A program made the position numbers and the translations under genes. DNA of 64,000 bases from Rhodosorus marinus CCMP1338 (lineage: Eukaryota; Plantae; Rhodophyta): the NCBI GenBank assembly GCA_029953675.1, contig JAMWBK010000006.1, forward strand, positions 2,046,001-2,110,000. The letters run 5' to 3'. How positions within the stretch are numbered: position 1 is the stretch's first letter; each line of letters starts with the position of its first letter. Of the stretch, positions 11,579-25,168 are shown in pieces. The notes under the pieces are model-generated. The model searched no databases and had not been told where the DNA came from. It was given only the letters and a program-made list of their open reading frames with translations.

Positions 11579-12444
11579 ATGTCTGCGTTTGTGGCAGCTT
11601 TGGGGTTTACGAGGAGTCGACAAACTGCCCGGTGCTATACCGCGCCTCCGTCGGAAGGTAATGTGTACTGCGCTCGATTCTCTGGCGTGCTTGTGGGAAG
11701 ATGTTCAACAATAACATACTATGTACTAGGTGGGAGAGACTATGGGAGTGGAACTCTCCCACGAGGGCCCAAGCTATCGAGCCAGAAAGATGGGGCAATC
11801 GTCAGCTCGGAAGATTCAGAGCCGCTGCTGCACGTGGTGTTTTATCGACCTCAGATTCATTGGAACACAGGCAACATAGGTCGAACTTGTATTGGCATAG
11901 GAGGAGCTCAACTGCACCTCGTAGGTAAGCTCGTCTGTCGAGATTTTGCGTTGCGAACTTGGCCTAATAGTCGATCAATACCAGGTCCGATTGCTTTCAG
12001 TTTGGATGAGAAGCAAGTCAGACGGGCAGGCCTCGACTACTGGCAGTCAGTTGACTTGCACTTGTGGGACAGTTGGGCGGATTTTGAGATGAAGGGTCCT
12101 TACAGAGAAGGCTGCAAAGCTGAGTCCTACTTTTTTACGAAGTATGGAGCCGAGAGTCTGCTCGACGTACGATTTCCAACTGACGGCAAAACAAAGATTG
12201 TACTGGTATTCGGAAATGAGACCGATGGACTGACGGAGATAGAAGACCAGCTTGAAAACAGAAACAAAGTAGCACTGCCCATGCACAATCAAGACTTGAT
12301 GAGGTAGTTTTATCACGATGTCACGTTGAACTTTCCTCAACAAGTTTCGTGACAAAGACGCTGCTTTGTTCTTGTAGGTCGTACAATCTAAGTACATCGG
12401 CATCTATTGCGCTCTGGGAAGCTTATCGTCAGCTGGCCCTGTGA
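11579..12444 (+). CDS. trmL: TrmL/SpoU-family tRNA (cytidine/uridine-34 2'-O)-methyltransferase, bacterial type, with organellar N-terminal extension
   Basis: HVVFYRPQIHWNTGNIGRTC, DEKQVRRAGLDYW, LVFGNETDGL, LPM...RSYNLSTSASIALWEAYRQ. Introns include 11925-11984 (60 nt, in frame). Stop 12442-12444. Confidence 0.9.
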
Positions 12445-12477
12445 GGAGTTTGGCAAAATCCGGAATCCACTTCTTTG

Positions 12478-13092
12478 TTAGCAATCGCACAATAAGCACT
12501 GCCGAGCGTTCCATTCTATAACAACAATCTAAGCAATGCGGGAGCGCCCGTGGAGTCAAGTACTCTCACTAATGTCACAACAGGGTACGAATGCTGTTTG
12601 CAGAAGAAAGTCCCGCTGAGTCGTATAAGTCGGGCACGTACCTCTGCGTCCCATATTCGTTTTTTGAGCGAAGGCACGCATGTATCCGCGGTCCGCTTGA
12701 GAATCATTGAGCGTACTGTCTGTGGTTTCTAAAATGCGGTAGACGACATGGGGCAGGTCTAGCGGATCTGGAGTAGTGCGATCGAAGGGGATCCATAGCC
12801 AACGGCTGCTCTTGAGCTGGGGCAGAAGCACCACAACCCAGACGAGAGCAAGCTGACGATAGCCTAGCTGCGCTTCCAAGATTTTTTTCACTGTAACATG
12901 CTACTGCTCGAAGACATAAATTCAGCAGTCGAACAATCCCACCTCCGGTTGAGCAAGTCTCGACCACCAGAACAAACCAGCATTCTCTTTCAAGGCCTTC
13001 CGAATAACGGTTCTCGTGAGTTGGAGGCAGAATTACACTGGCAAGTACGCTATGTTCGCGCTTCGTCCATGAAGACAATACTCTCGCGCCGC
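12478..13092 (-). CDS. Hypothetical multi-exon protein; start not resolved
   Basis: Spliced frame AAREYCLHGRSANIA|TVIRKALKENA|VKKILEAQLGYRQLALVWVVVLL...WIPFDRTTPDPLDLPHVVYRIL...GRR|EWNARQCLLCDC*, with GT..AG introns (for example 12641-12516). The antisense frame contains stops. No family recognised. Confidence 0.4.
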
Positions 13093-13889
13093 CTACAGCA
13101 CCAAGCATCGATCAACTAAATAAGCCAGGCATGACACACACCCATTGGAAACTCCGGTATGAGATCCGTTCAACCAATCCAATACGATCAGGATATGTGT
13201 GATTCCGTTTCTACTTAATGAGAGCTAGCATTCATGCGTGGCCAGCCTCTAGTAAAGACTGAAGAAACAAACCCTGAGAGCGCTGAGCACGTTACCAAGC
13301 CTGGCGTACAGCCTACACATATATGCACTACCCCATTAACAGAAATCCCGTACAGACTGTATTTATCCAATATAACTTGGATGAGGATGACGACCGGTGA
13401 ACGGTGGAAGATTTCTTGTATATTTAGTGGTTTTTTGTAGATTGGCACCGTCGATGAGTTTAGTTTTGATGAAAGGGATCGAGTGGATGTGAAAGAAGAT
13501 GTTTGGGAAGGTGAGCTTGGGTTATTTGGATTAAGTAAGATCGCTATTTGGAGGGTTTTGGATTAATAAAGAACTGATCTATAACGTTTTGAGGGGTTTA
13601 GAAGGAGGAGCGGGCTCTCGAGATCCGTGGTGGGCTGTCGCTTTGGGGTTCTTGGTCCTTGTGATTGGGTTTTTTCGATGAATGTATTGGTGCGATCGGG
13701 ACGTTTTCTGGTTTGGATTAGTGAGCAGTGCATGGTAGCACCAACTTGATGATTGCTTGCACTGGTCTGTGATCCTGGGATTCTTTTTGGGGTTTCATAG
13801 GGGTTCGTTTGTCAGTTTTTGTTGGAGGAGGACACGATACGTCTTGTTTTGGTCCTGGACAATAGAGGAGCCCAAGCTCACAGGACGCC

Positions 13890-16800
13890 ATGTTACGAGG
13901 TGGCAACGGGATGAGGATTTTTCAGGCCTTGAGGTACGGTTCAGTGAGATGGAAGTATGCCGGGTTCAAGGTTGCATACCCTCGAAAGGATCTCCTTAAG
14001 CCTCTCGTTGGATCCGCCGTGATGGCTGGTATGGGAGTGGGAATGGGCACGGCATTGTGTGAAGATCCTCCCCAGCTTATGCTCTTCAGTGAAGGTGCTG
14101 AACCTCTTATGAGCGAGCGGAACAAGACGAAGATGTACTTGGACGACTTACTCACATCCATGGAGCAGGATGAGGGGCTCAAACAAGCTTCTCGATCAGA
14201 TCTCCCTGCAGAGCTGTCTGTAATGTTGAAGAGCTTGCTGGCTTCAGAAAATGTCGACTACGACATCTATATACGAATCCTCAAAGTCATATCCAGGCTC
14301 TCCGAAAAGCAAACCGCAGCTCTCAAGTTTCTGAAGACGGATGCGGTGGACTCAATCTACGAAGTTTTGAAAGACGTAGTCGGATGGCCCTGGGACTCCA
14401 GCAATTATGCGAAGAAAATGTTTAACCGTTTTTTTGTACCAGGACGCGACGATTCGAGATTGGGTATGGGTTCTACCGCTTCACGTAACTCACCTTTGAA
14501 CAAAGGAAATAATCATTGAACCAGTTTTCCGGTTCTGCACTTCACAGCGGAGAAGACACCTCAGGGAGTACTAATGTCAGAACTGTGTTCAAAGATCCTG
14601 GCCAACATGGCGAAAGTTGCTCTGGACTACCATCCGTTTGTGAAAGACAACAGAATCGTAAGTAATCTTCATCCCATTAGTGAGCCGTGCTTGTTGCTTT
14701 CCTATCCTTTCCAGCAACCCACCCTACCGGAGAAAACTCCATCCTCAACGGACCAAGTCGTTGTGACGACAGAATCTTTGCAACAGGATGATCAAGTTAA
14801 GTGAGAATGTCGAGACGAAAAGGAACATGCTTCTGATCCTTGCATGCATCGTCAGCAAAGAAGGTTTCCCAGAGGACAATGGGACCACATTGATGAACAT
14901 CCTAGAATCTATTTGTGAAGAGAATCCTGATCCCGTGTCTCAGTGGTACGAATTCCTTGCTCAGCAATCGGGCACAAAGAGGATTTTCTCATCGCCGTGA
15001 ATGCACATGTCTGAGCTTGTTGTGTTCTCCCGCATTTTCCCCTCGTGCTGTCCTTATCCCCGTGTGAAAGGTATGCCACGGGTGGCCTTCGGAACATGTG
15101 CAAAAACTCTTCAATGCATAAGAACCTGGTTGTGAAGGGTGCGATTCCTGCCCTAGTAAATGTTCTCCTGACAAGCCCAGAGCCCAAAGCACAAGCTCTT
15201 GCGGCGTCTGCAGTGGCAGATCTCGCTACATCGGCATACGCAAGAGCTGAGGTAATTCGGGTACGTGGCAAAGTTCACATGCAGAAGCAGCTAGTGGAAC
15301 GCATGTCGTATTGATGATTGCTGAGTGTATCTAACGCTCGAACTTCTACCGTTTAGATGAGAATGGTGGATTCATTGACGTTTGAAGCTCTGGGAAGGGT
15401 ACTCAAATCGTCGAACCAGGGAGTTTTGAGGTCCGCCTCGAAAGCCATAGATGCAATTTTGTCTGGAGTTCCACTCGATGACAGAGCAAGGCAGCCAATT
15501 GCAGATCAATTCAAGAAAGTTGACGTACCGAGGCAGATCACGAGGCTCTCTTTGGGGAGGTTGCCTCCCGTAGTCAGCGCCGCCACTTCGTGTCTCTACA
15601 CTCTCGCAGGTGAGCCCCGGTAACTCGCACAAAGGGTTGTCTCCAGTTCTTCCGGAGATATCGTCCTTATCCTTCACCTTTTGACTCGGTATGTTCACAA
15701 ACGACAGCGATCGACGGCCTATCAGAACCCGCGCTGGAGGCCGGAGCAGCGAGAGTTATCATCGGAGCGTGTAACTCATTCGATCCAGGTAAATTCAAGC
15801 GGAAGTGACTCTCCAGTCGAGTCCTTCATCTCCGAGATCTTAGAGCTTTTTGGTGTATCCGTATGCGCTGACCACAGGAATGGCGAGTAGAGCACTAGAC
15901 GCTCTCGCACAGATGTCTGAGTCTTCAGAGAGAGCAGACTACCTTGTCCAAGCGGGAGTTTTGAGAGTGGTTCTTGCGATTCGATCCACGAATCCCGTTA
16001 TCACTTATCCACTAACACTCTTACTAGCAAATCTAACAAGAAAGGAAGAGCTCCGAGCGGAGGTTGCTCACGAAGGTGGACTGGTGCTCCTTAACGCTGT
16101 GAGTACTCCATTTTCCAAAATGCTTCCAGATTTGAAGAGGACACTCATGGTTTTCAGATGGGTCCACATTTCTGTAAATCGATTTCTGTCAATCACGGCT
16201 CAGATGTTAACCAGCGGCAACATCGACGAAGGTACCAAAAAGGAAGCTTTGAGGGTGCTGCACAATCTTTCCGTTAGTGGCCTATCTCGGTGAGTTGCTG
16301 GTTCTCTGCTCTCCTACTCGCACCGGTGTCAAATGGAAGACGACCAAGCAGTGAGGTGCTAACTTTGAAACCTGCCATCCTCTTGAACAGTGTTATGGTA
16401 GTCCAGTATGGTTCCTTATTGCCGTTGATCGAGAATGTGAAGAATGAAAATCCGGAGTTGAAGCTTCTGGCAGTGAAAACCTTGAGCAATCTCATGGAAG
16501 GTCTAGAGTCAAGCATGAAAGCATTCGAAGCCGGTGGTTTAGGTACGAAAGGCGGCCGGTGCTTAAGCGTGGTCTACCTTTAGTGCTTACGGAACTTTTC
16601 TGAGACGTTATCTCTTTGCTCGGGACCCGTTATTGGTTTTGCAAACAGCGCCTCTGATAGCCTGTGGGAAGGACGACGGAGAGCTAGGCTGTCGAGCGGT
16701 CTTGTGCGTTGGAGAGTTCACAAACTTGCAGGAGCTGCACTCGGAGATTGTGAGACAGGGAGGTGTGGAGTTGTTTGCTGAGGTGATAAGAGCTGGAAGA

Positions 16801-17167
16801 AGCTCAGAAGCGGTTGTATATGCAGTGCTTGGGCTTTGTAACTTGGCCGCTTCGGAGGTTGCCAGAGAACGTATTCGAGAGGCTGGAGCTATAGGCCTCC
16901 TGAACTCTGTGGCTCAGTAAGTTAACCACCTCATTTCCCACCGATTAATTCTTGGACTGGGACTGTCCGCCCACCTTCCGGCGAATGCGGAGATAGGAAA
17001 ACCTGCATCATCTGGACTAAATCGTAGACGCATCCCTTTGTTGTTGCAGTACTATGTTGTATTCTGGCGAGATTTCCGCAGTTGCTGAAGCCGGACTTGC
17101 CAACCTGCAGAAAGGAGAGAAGACGATGATTCAGGTCCTTCCCGCTTCTCCAAGCAAACCGCTTTAG
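13890..17167 (+). CDS. Armadillo-repeat protein with mitochondrial-type presequence and an N-terminal hydrophobic segment, many exons
   Basis: Arg-rich N-terminus, then GSAVMAGMGVGMGTALCED. ARM-like units such as LVVKGAIPALVNVLL...AQALAASAVADLA, KKEALRVLHNLS, RQGGVELFAEVI...YAVLGLCNLA. Last exon ends PSKPL* at 17165-17167. Confidence 0.7.
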
Positions 17168-17300
17168 GAATAAGCACGCCTAGGTTGGTAAGAAGTGTTT
17201 TCAGATGTTAGATGGCTCTAGTTTTGCTACGCGTATTGGTCGAGAATTCATTACGGGCAAGACTTCGCGAAAGACGCACAGTCGGAGAAGAACGGAAAAG

Positions 17301-18328
17301 TTACGAGCTGAGATTATACGGGTCCCCGACCTCAAGTGCAAGGACGAACTTGATAGGCATCCACGGGTTCAATCTCTTCTTCCGCTTGGCAGCCGAAGCT
17401 TGTCGCTAGGGAGGTTGGGAGATGAACTACATTTGGACATCACAGCGAAGTCAAGCCTTTGGGATTTCATGATATTGTCGGCAGTGTGTACTTGTAGCAG
17501 CGGAATTCGGAAAAAGCAAGGATCAGGAGTAAATATCATTCGCACATCCCCTGATATCTGTGCTCAACGTCCCAACCCGTCCACAAACCGAGGAAGAAGA
17601 GTCGGTATTGTAAGAGCGCAGATCCAGAAACTACTGTCCCACCAAACTACCTTCTCGTAGTCTCTATCCGCCTCACTGGTTCTAAACTAGAGCCGGTCGC
17701 CTCTCACCAGACCTAGATTTAGTATTTTCACGCACAGTTCAAGGCCCGCTTGGCAAGAAGGGCTTCTTCCTCGTCACCACACTGTTGCCACACAACTGGG
17801 TCAAACGCTTTCGGCCTGTATACTATGCCGTTGAGTTCAGTTACTTCGTATTTCAATGCAAGGCTGGAGTCAATATCGATGTCCTACATACCAGAGCAGG
17901 AGACTGAGAGTAAGAGTCAGCGCTGTCCCGAACAAGTAATTTGCCAACAACTTGCAAGTGTCATCGTCACGCGCTGCCGTTTGTACACTCGTGTCGTCCG
18001 GCCACGCCACAAACAACTTCTTTATGAGAAGTGAGTTTGGCCAAGGTGGTCATCAAGCTCGGGGGTTTGGACTCTGATGATCCTTTTCATTTTCTAGTGG
18101 TAGTGGTCAACCTCGTCATTTAAGCTCGCGGCGTTGCGGAGAGTGAAGAGCCTCGCTGATGTTTTCTCGTGTATGTAAACTGGGCTAGGGGGGAAAAGAT
18201 GGAATTAAACTTAGGAGAGGAACAAGGAACTGGAAACGTTCGTTCCGACGAAGGAGGAGTGAGACACTCAAACCAGTTCTTGGAGACTTACTATCAGCAG
18301 CTACAAGATCGACCAGCGAGGAAGACAT
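17301..18328 (-). CDS. Hypothetical multi-exon protein; middle exons uncertain
   Basis: ATG 18328 MSSSLVDLVAAD|IYIHEKTSARLFTLRNAASLNDE|KFVVAWPDD..., exon DIDIDSSLALKYEVTELNGIVYRPKAFDPVVWQQCGDEEEALLAKRALN, and 3' frame ...NPWMPIKFVLALEVGDPYNLSS*. Flanked by GT/AG signals. Confidence 0.4.
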
Positions 18329-18496
18329 GGTAATAGGATTTTTGGGAATTGGTCGGTCTCGCGGAGTTTGGTATTGAGTTGCTGACCATCTCGTCGCTTG
18401 TTTTTATTTCGTTTGGTGTTTCTTGTTGATGGTCGCAGGGAGGATTTCAAGAAGGACAAACAGAGCAACTTGGAAAAATCAGCGGGAGGATCCGAT

Positions 18497-19072
18497 ATGG
18501 CAAGGTAAGCTCAGTGTATCACTAGTAGTATGGGAAGGTTGGATATGAGCATGGTGCATGTGTTGCCCTCTTTTGGGACGCCCAAGTTGTGTACGTGCGC
18601 CCAAACAGATATCCGGTTGACCATAGTCTTGCTTCGCAGAGCCGGACAACCTGCGGGAGACAACGTCAGCCTACTTTGACTAGAAACTCCCGAGAGGTGT
18701 TCAGGTCTTCACAAGAAACTACGGCGTCATCTCGGCCACAGACCGCCTGTTGTGTCTTCAACAGCCTAGCCGTTTCGTCTTCATTGAGAGACAGAGGTAG
18801 TCCGGAGAGATGGAGTTTCTAATATGTGGGTTTCTGCGTTTAGGTACAGGAGAGAACTAGATAAAGATAGAGAAGCGTTCCTCGCAAAGAAGCTGAAGGA
18901 GGGTAAAGAATCCAAAAAGTCGAAGAAGGAAAAGAAGGAAAAGAAGGAGAAGCGCGAGAAGAAGGAGAAGAAGTCTAAGAAAGAGAAGAGGGAGAAGAGG
19001 GGAAAAAGAGCTCGATCCATCTCACCGCCTGCGAGAGAAAAGAGGCGACGAAGAGCGGACGATTCCGACTGA
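18497..19072 (+). CDS. Small Lys/Glu-rich nuclear protein (FAM133-like architecture), multi-exon
   Basis: ATGGCAAG|GTAAGC first exon. Last exon YRRELDKDREAFLAKKLKEGKESKKSKKEKKEKK...RRRADDSD*. Middle exon uncertain. Confidence 0.45.
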
Positions 19073-19362
19073 TTCTCGCAACTACTCAAAAACACTGGAA
19101 GAAAAATCCTTGACTTGCTTCTATACGAGTTGTTTTAAGCACTTGGTTTCCGCAGTTGGGATGATAAGCACAGGATGTTCATACCGATGTGACATATGAA
19201 ATGGTTTAATGACCCTCAATTATTTTTCGTACCAAGGCACTCGTCCCTAACACTTACAAAAGTTACGATCGCCCGGATGGAGCCAGCTTGAAATCCCCAT
19301 ATCTGAAGATTGTGCCTGGAGAGAATCAAACTCTGTGCGCCTCCGGTTCCTCTTTGTTTATT

Positions 19363-21461
<2,099 letters not shown>

Positions 21462-22294
21462 TCACCATCAGGGTATCACGTCCAGCTCCGCTGTAAAACT
21501 CCAAATCAGATTAAACGTCCAAAAACCCCACCCCAACGTGAAACTCAAAAAAATCCTACTGCCGACCCACCACACTCGGTCAAAACTAGAAAAAAAAAGG
21601 AAACAAACTACCCATGACTCAAAAAAATTAAGCAAAATCGTCTTCTCTTGTTCTAAAAAAGAATTATAATTCCAAAACTGGATAAAGAAAAACAATACTT
21701 TTCTCGACGTATTTTAATACTTTTTCCATAATTCACTATTCTGATCTCTCCGTCGAGAACTAGCTTAGGAAAAAAAATTGTTTGGAAAAATCAGAATCCC
21801 CTTTCCTCATTATAGCAACTCTAGAGATATAAATATGACCTCCTTTTTTCGATTGTTTTCTTGGCTGATCAATCTCTGGTCGATTCAATTTTTTTTAACC
21901 CCTGGAGAGACGGTAAATAGTGAACCAATAAACTATTAAAATATTTGATTTGATTGTCAAATAGTGAACAGTTTCATCCCCTTACTTGCCTTGCAAGAAG
22001 TAGTTCTTCATTATCGTAAACTTTACGTATATATACATGGACATGTACCCCCCTTCATTTCGAGATCGAGCAGTTGCATAATGTTTAACTATTATAAATT
22101 TTTCACGTAAAGCAATTTACTATTACGGAGAAATATACCCACTGGTTACCGGTACATATATTTTACCTTTTTTGTTATTTATTTGCACCTCGAAATAGCA
22201 TGCCCTGAAAAATTTGGGAATTCATGAGCTGGGTTTGAAGGTTCGGAGTTTGGATTTTGTTTTTTGTTTACTTCTTTTCCATGCGACCGACCGT

Positions 22295-24130
22295 ATGTCG
22301 ACCGGACGAGACTGGGACGAATTTATAACCGAAAAACAGAACTCCACGCTACGGCTTGAACAGTTCAAGAAATGTCTAAGGGGTAAGTTCGCATCAAAGT
22401 GAAGGAAAAAAATTAACTTGATAGCTTCAAAAGCACTTTTCCCTTTCAGTATCCAATATCACCCCCTCCCAAACATTTCCTTCTATCTATTAAAAAGATA
22501 AGTCATGATACAAATGCCTAAAATTTTGCAGCCGAGAATCAGCGATTGAAGGTTTTCATGAGTTATATTTTTATTAAGGTATATACAGTAAGCAGGGTTG
22601 TCATTAGCCGTCAGATAACGTTTATCGGACGGTCTGATAGTTTCTTTGACGTCAATAGATTATTGAACAAAAGTATAAAAAGAGGTGGATCCCTTGAAAT
22701 GCTTCGAAAAAAACAGGTCCGATCTATCGTCCGATATTCAATCAACATTAGTCCAATAATCAATCATCTTCGCTCCAGATATTGAATTATGATTACTTCT
22801 TGGCATGACAAAGTCTCTCACTCGGATATCATGAATCATGATTACTTTTCGGATGAGTAGATATGCCAATATCATGTAATAAATTGTGATTGTGCGAGAA
22901 CCTCCGCGAAGAGTTGTAACAGATTACTTCTGGGCTAGACAGGCTGGCAAGCATTGGTTGCAGTTAGGCGGGAAGGACTTCGGAGTAGGGGAAGCGCATT
23001 GCGAAGGGAGTTTTCTCGTGTCCTGTGGTAGCGTGAGTGCTTTGGGGATCGATCATATGGTTGGTCGCCTTTCAGTGTCTTCTTGGGTTAACCCAGTGGC
23101 GGAGTTCAAGCGCCCTTATTCTCAAGCCGAGTTCTTTGTGCCGTTTGTATTCCCTAGTCCCCGGGGGAGTTACCCTCTGAGCAAGCCGACTGGACTGGTT
23201 CTTCGAGTCACATGACCAGTAGCTTCAGTAGCTTGGTAACCATGAGTTTCTTCAAGAGATGTGTACCTAAGAATGAAGGTGGGGTGGTATTCTTGTGCCC
23301 GCAATGCCGTTGTTTGTGACATCAAGCCCAGAGTCTGGATGATCCCCCGAAATCCTGCGTATGCGAGGAGCAACAAGTACACTTAAGATCACAGCTATTG
23401 AATGTTATCCGGAGCGGTTGTTTGTGACATTAAAATGTAGGGTTCTTTCGGTATGAGCATTCTTATATAAGGCTTGAGGCTTGCTTTACTAGGAACATAG
23501 TACTGCTAGTCAATAGATGTGCCCATAGTTCTCAGAATGATCTTGAACGTACTTCTAAACATATCTCTCATGCTCGTGGAGGTGTAAATAATATTCAAGA
23601 ACCGAAGCCCGTCCTGTCTAAGCTTCATTCAGCACGCCTACTTCGCCGAGCGAAAGTCCCAAAGCCCAACAGAGAGCGACCATGCATTGAAAAAGAGGTA
23701 TTGAAAAATATCGGACGCAATCGGTCGTTATCGGACTATTATCGGACAAAGCCCAATTTACATTTTTGTATTCAGGTATGATTATATCATATCGGACGGA
23801 GATTAACAGATTATATGCTTTATTATTACAAAATACAGGTACGATAAACTCATATCGGACCGTCGGATATTTATCGGACGCAATCGGACGCAATCGGACC
23901 TTTTTTTATCGGACGGGGATGACAACCCTACAGTAATATTTCGAAGAAAAATTGTTCACTTGCGTTTGATGATTGAGTCGTGAAATTAATTTTAAATGTC
24001 TTCGGCGAGGTTTTGCTATGTTGGATAGCGATAAATTGACTGGTGCTCGTTGGGCTCTTTCAATGAAAACTGACTAATGTTGACAACCTCACAGATCGAG
24101 GGGGATGCAATCGTTCACGCCCGCATCTGA
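22295..24130 (+). CDS. Possible 56-aa three-exon gene whose second intron contains the hAT-like element
   Basis: Exons 22295-22382, 22532-22578 and 24095-24130 are joined by GTAAGT..CCTAA..GCAG and GTATAT..CTAAT..ACAG introns with matching phases: MSTGRDWDEFITEKQNSTLRLEQFKKCLRAENQRLKVFMSYIFIKIEGDAIVHARI*. No homology recognised. Confidence 0.3.
22593..23930. mobile_element. Non-autonomous TIR DNA transposon, hAT-like, about 1.34 kb
   Basis: TIRs: CAGGGTTGTCATTAGCCGTCAGATAA on the left versus TAGGGTTGTCATCCCCGTCCGATAA (reverse complement of the right end). Flanking duplication ACAGTAAG (22585-92) / ACAGTAAT (23930-37). Nine exact ATCGGAC copies in 23710-23914 and inverted GTCCGAT at 22717 and 22729. 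No transposase ORF. Confidence 0.8.
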
Positions 24131-24830
24131 TTTGCTTCCCCGAAAAAGCCATTCATTACTGATGGTCGCGTCGGAAAACTCATGCGCATTGACATCGCAA
24201 CGCACAAGTTGTCTGAACACGATGGTGATCCACGGAAGTGCAACGTCGGAATGATCTCGAAAACTAGTCTGCAAGTCAGTGACAGGATCGCTGGGAGTCC
24301 CTAGCGGAAGACGATTGCTGCGGTTGTACGAGCTCCTCGGCATATTAGATAGATCTGCGAGCGATCAAATGGATTAGGTTTGTACATCCAAATGCTGACT
24401 GGCACCGGTCTCAGTGCAGCATCTTCTGGATTTTTGAGGCGTTTGATCAAGTCTTCAAGGCAAGAAGACGTGCCTTCTCTAAATTATTTTGCAGATCAGA
24501 CAAAGTCATCACGCAAACGGACACTTATGGCAAAACTGTCCATAGCTTTTTGGTTGAGCAGTGGAGATGGTTCACTGGAAAATGAGTGTTGAGGATTTTC
24601 TCCGCAGAATGTCTGCTGGCGCGCAGTCCTTGGGAGAAATTCTCTTTGTTGACGCGGTCAACGAATCCGGCTTGCTCGCCGTCATCGTTTCTACATCACC
24701 GCCTTCACAACCCGGGCACCCAGCGCCCTTGGAATTCGTTGCGAAGCGATCCCATACATGCCAAATCGGTTCCGATCTACAGGGCCTGGCGCTGACCTTT
24801 TCCTGAGACACGATCACAGACACAGAGTCA
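24131..24830. other. Unresolved coding-like region with splice signals on both strands
   Basis: Minus-strand frame EGTSSCLEDLIKRLKNPEDAALRPVP|IYLICRGART with a good intron (GTCAGC..CCTAAT..GCAG). The plus strand also has intron-like GTTTGT..GCTGAC..GCAG. No complete model. Confidence 0.25.
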
Positions 24831-25168
24831 CAAGAACAAGTACGGACTTTTCCCCTCAGCGTCTCATCTTGTTGAGGTCATATCATCAAGATGCCGTCAA
24901 TGAATCAAAAACGATCTCTTGAGAATGTTTGCCCTGAGAATATAATCTCCACGCAAGCAATCGTTCCAGGCTTCAGCCCACTCTAACAGCTTTGCAACTA
25001 GTGATTTTTGTTCCCTGATGAGCACCAGATGAGGGTTGGCAGTATTGATAACGGTCAAGGGTCCTAAAACGGAAGGGTTGGAAAGTCGATCAGAGGGTAG
25101 TTGATTTTCCCGTCGTGTTTTTTGGGATTCGCGGAGACCGATGCCAGGCTTCAGCAGCTCGGGAGCGC

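Noticed and set aside
12404-12444. Apparent CDS overlap between trmL and the convergent minus-strand gene
   Set aside because: Splice phase puts the minus gene's stop at 12478-12480, so the CDSs do not overlap.
12704-12706. In-frame TGA followed by an open frame (selenocysteine or readthrough idea); similar cases at 24128 and 24572
   Set aside because: No CxxU/UxxC context and no SECIS identified. At 12704 another frame looks like the true one.
18890-19010. AAG/GAG-rich repeat
   Set aside because: Low-complexity Lys/Glu coding sequence, not a CRISPR or satellite array.
24300-24460. PIYLICRG, resembling a rhodanese active-site loop
   Set aside because: The frame stops within ten codons and the rest of the domain is not evident.
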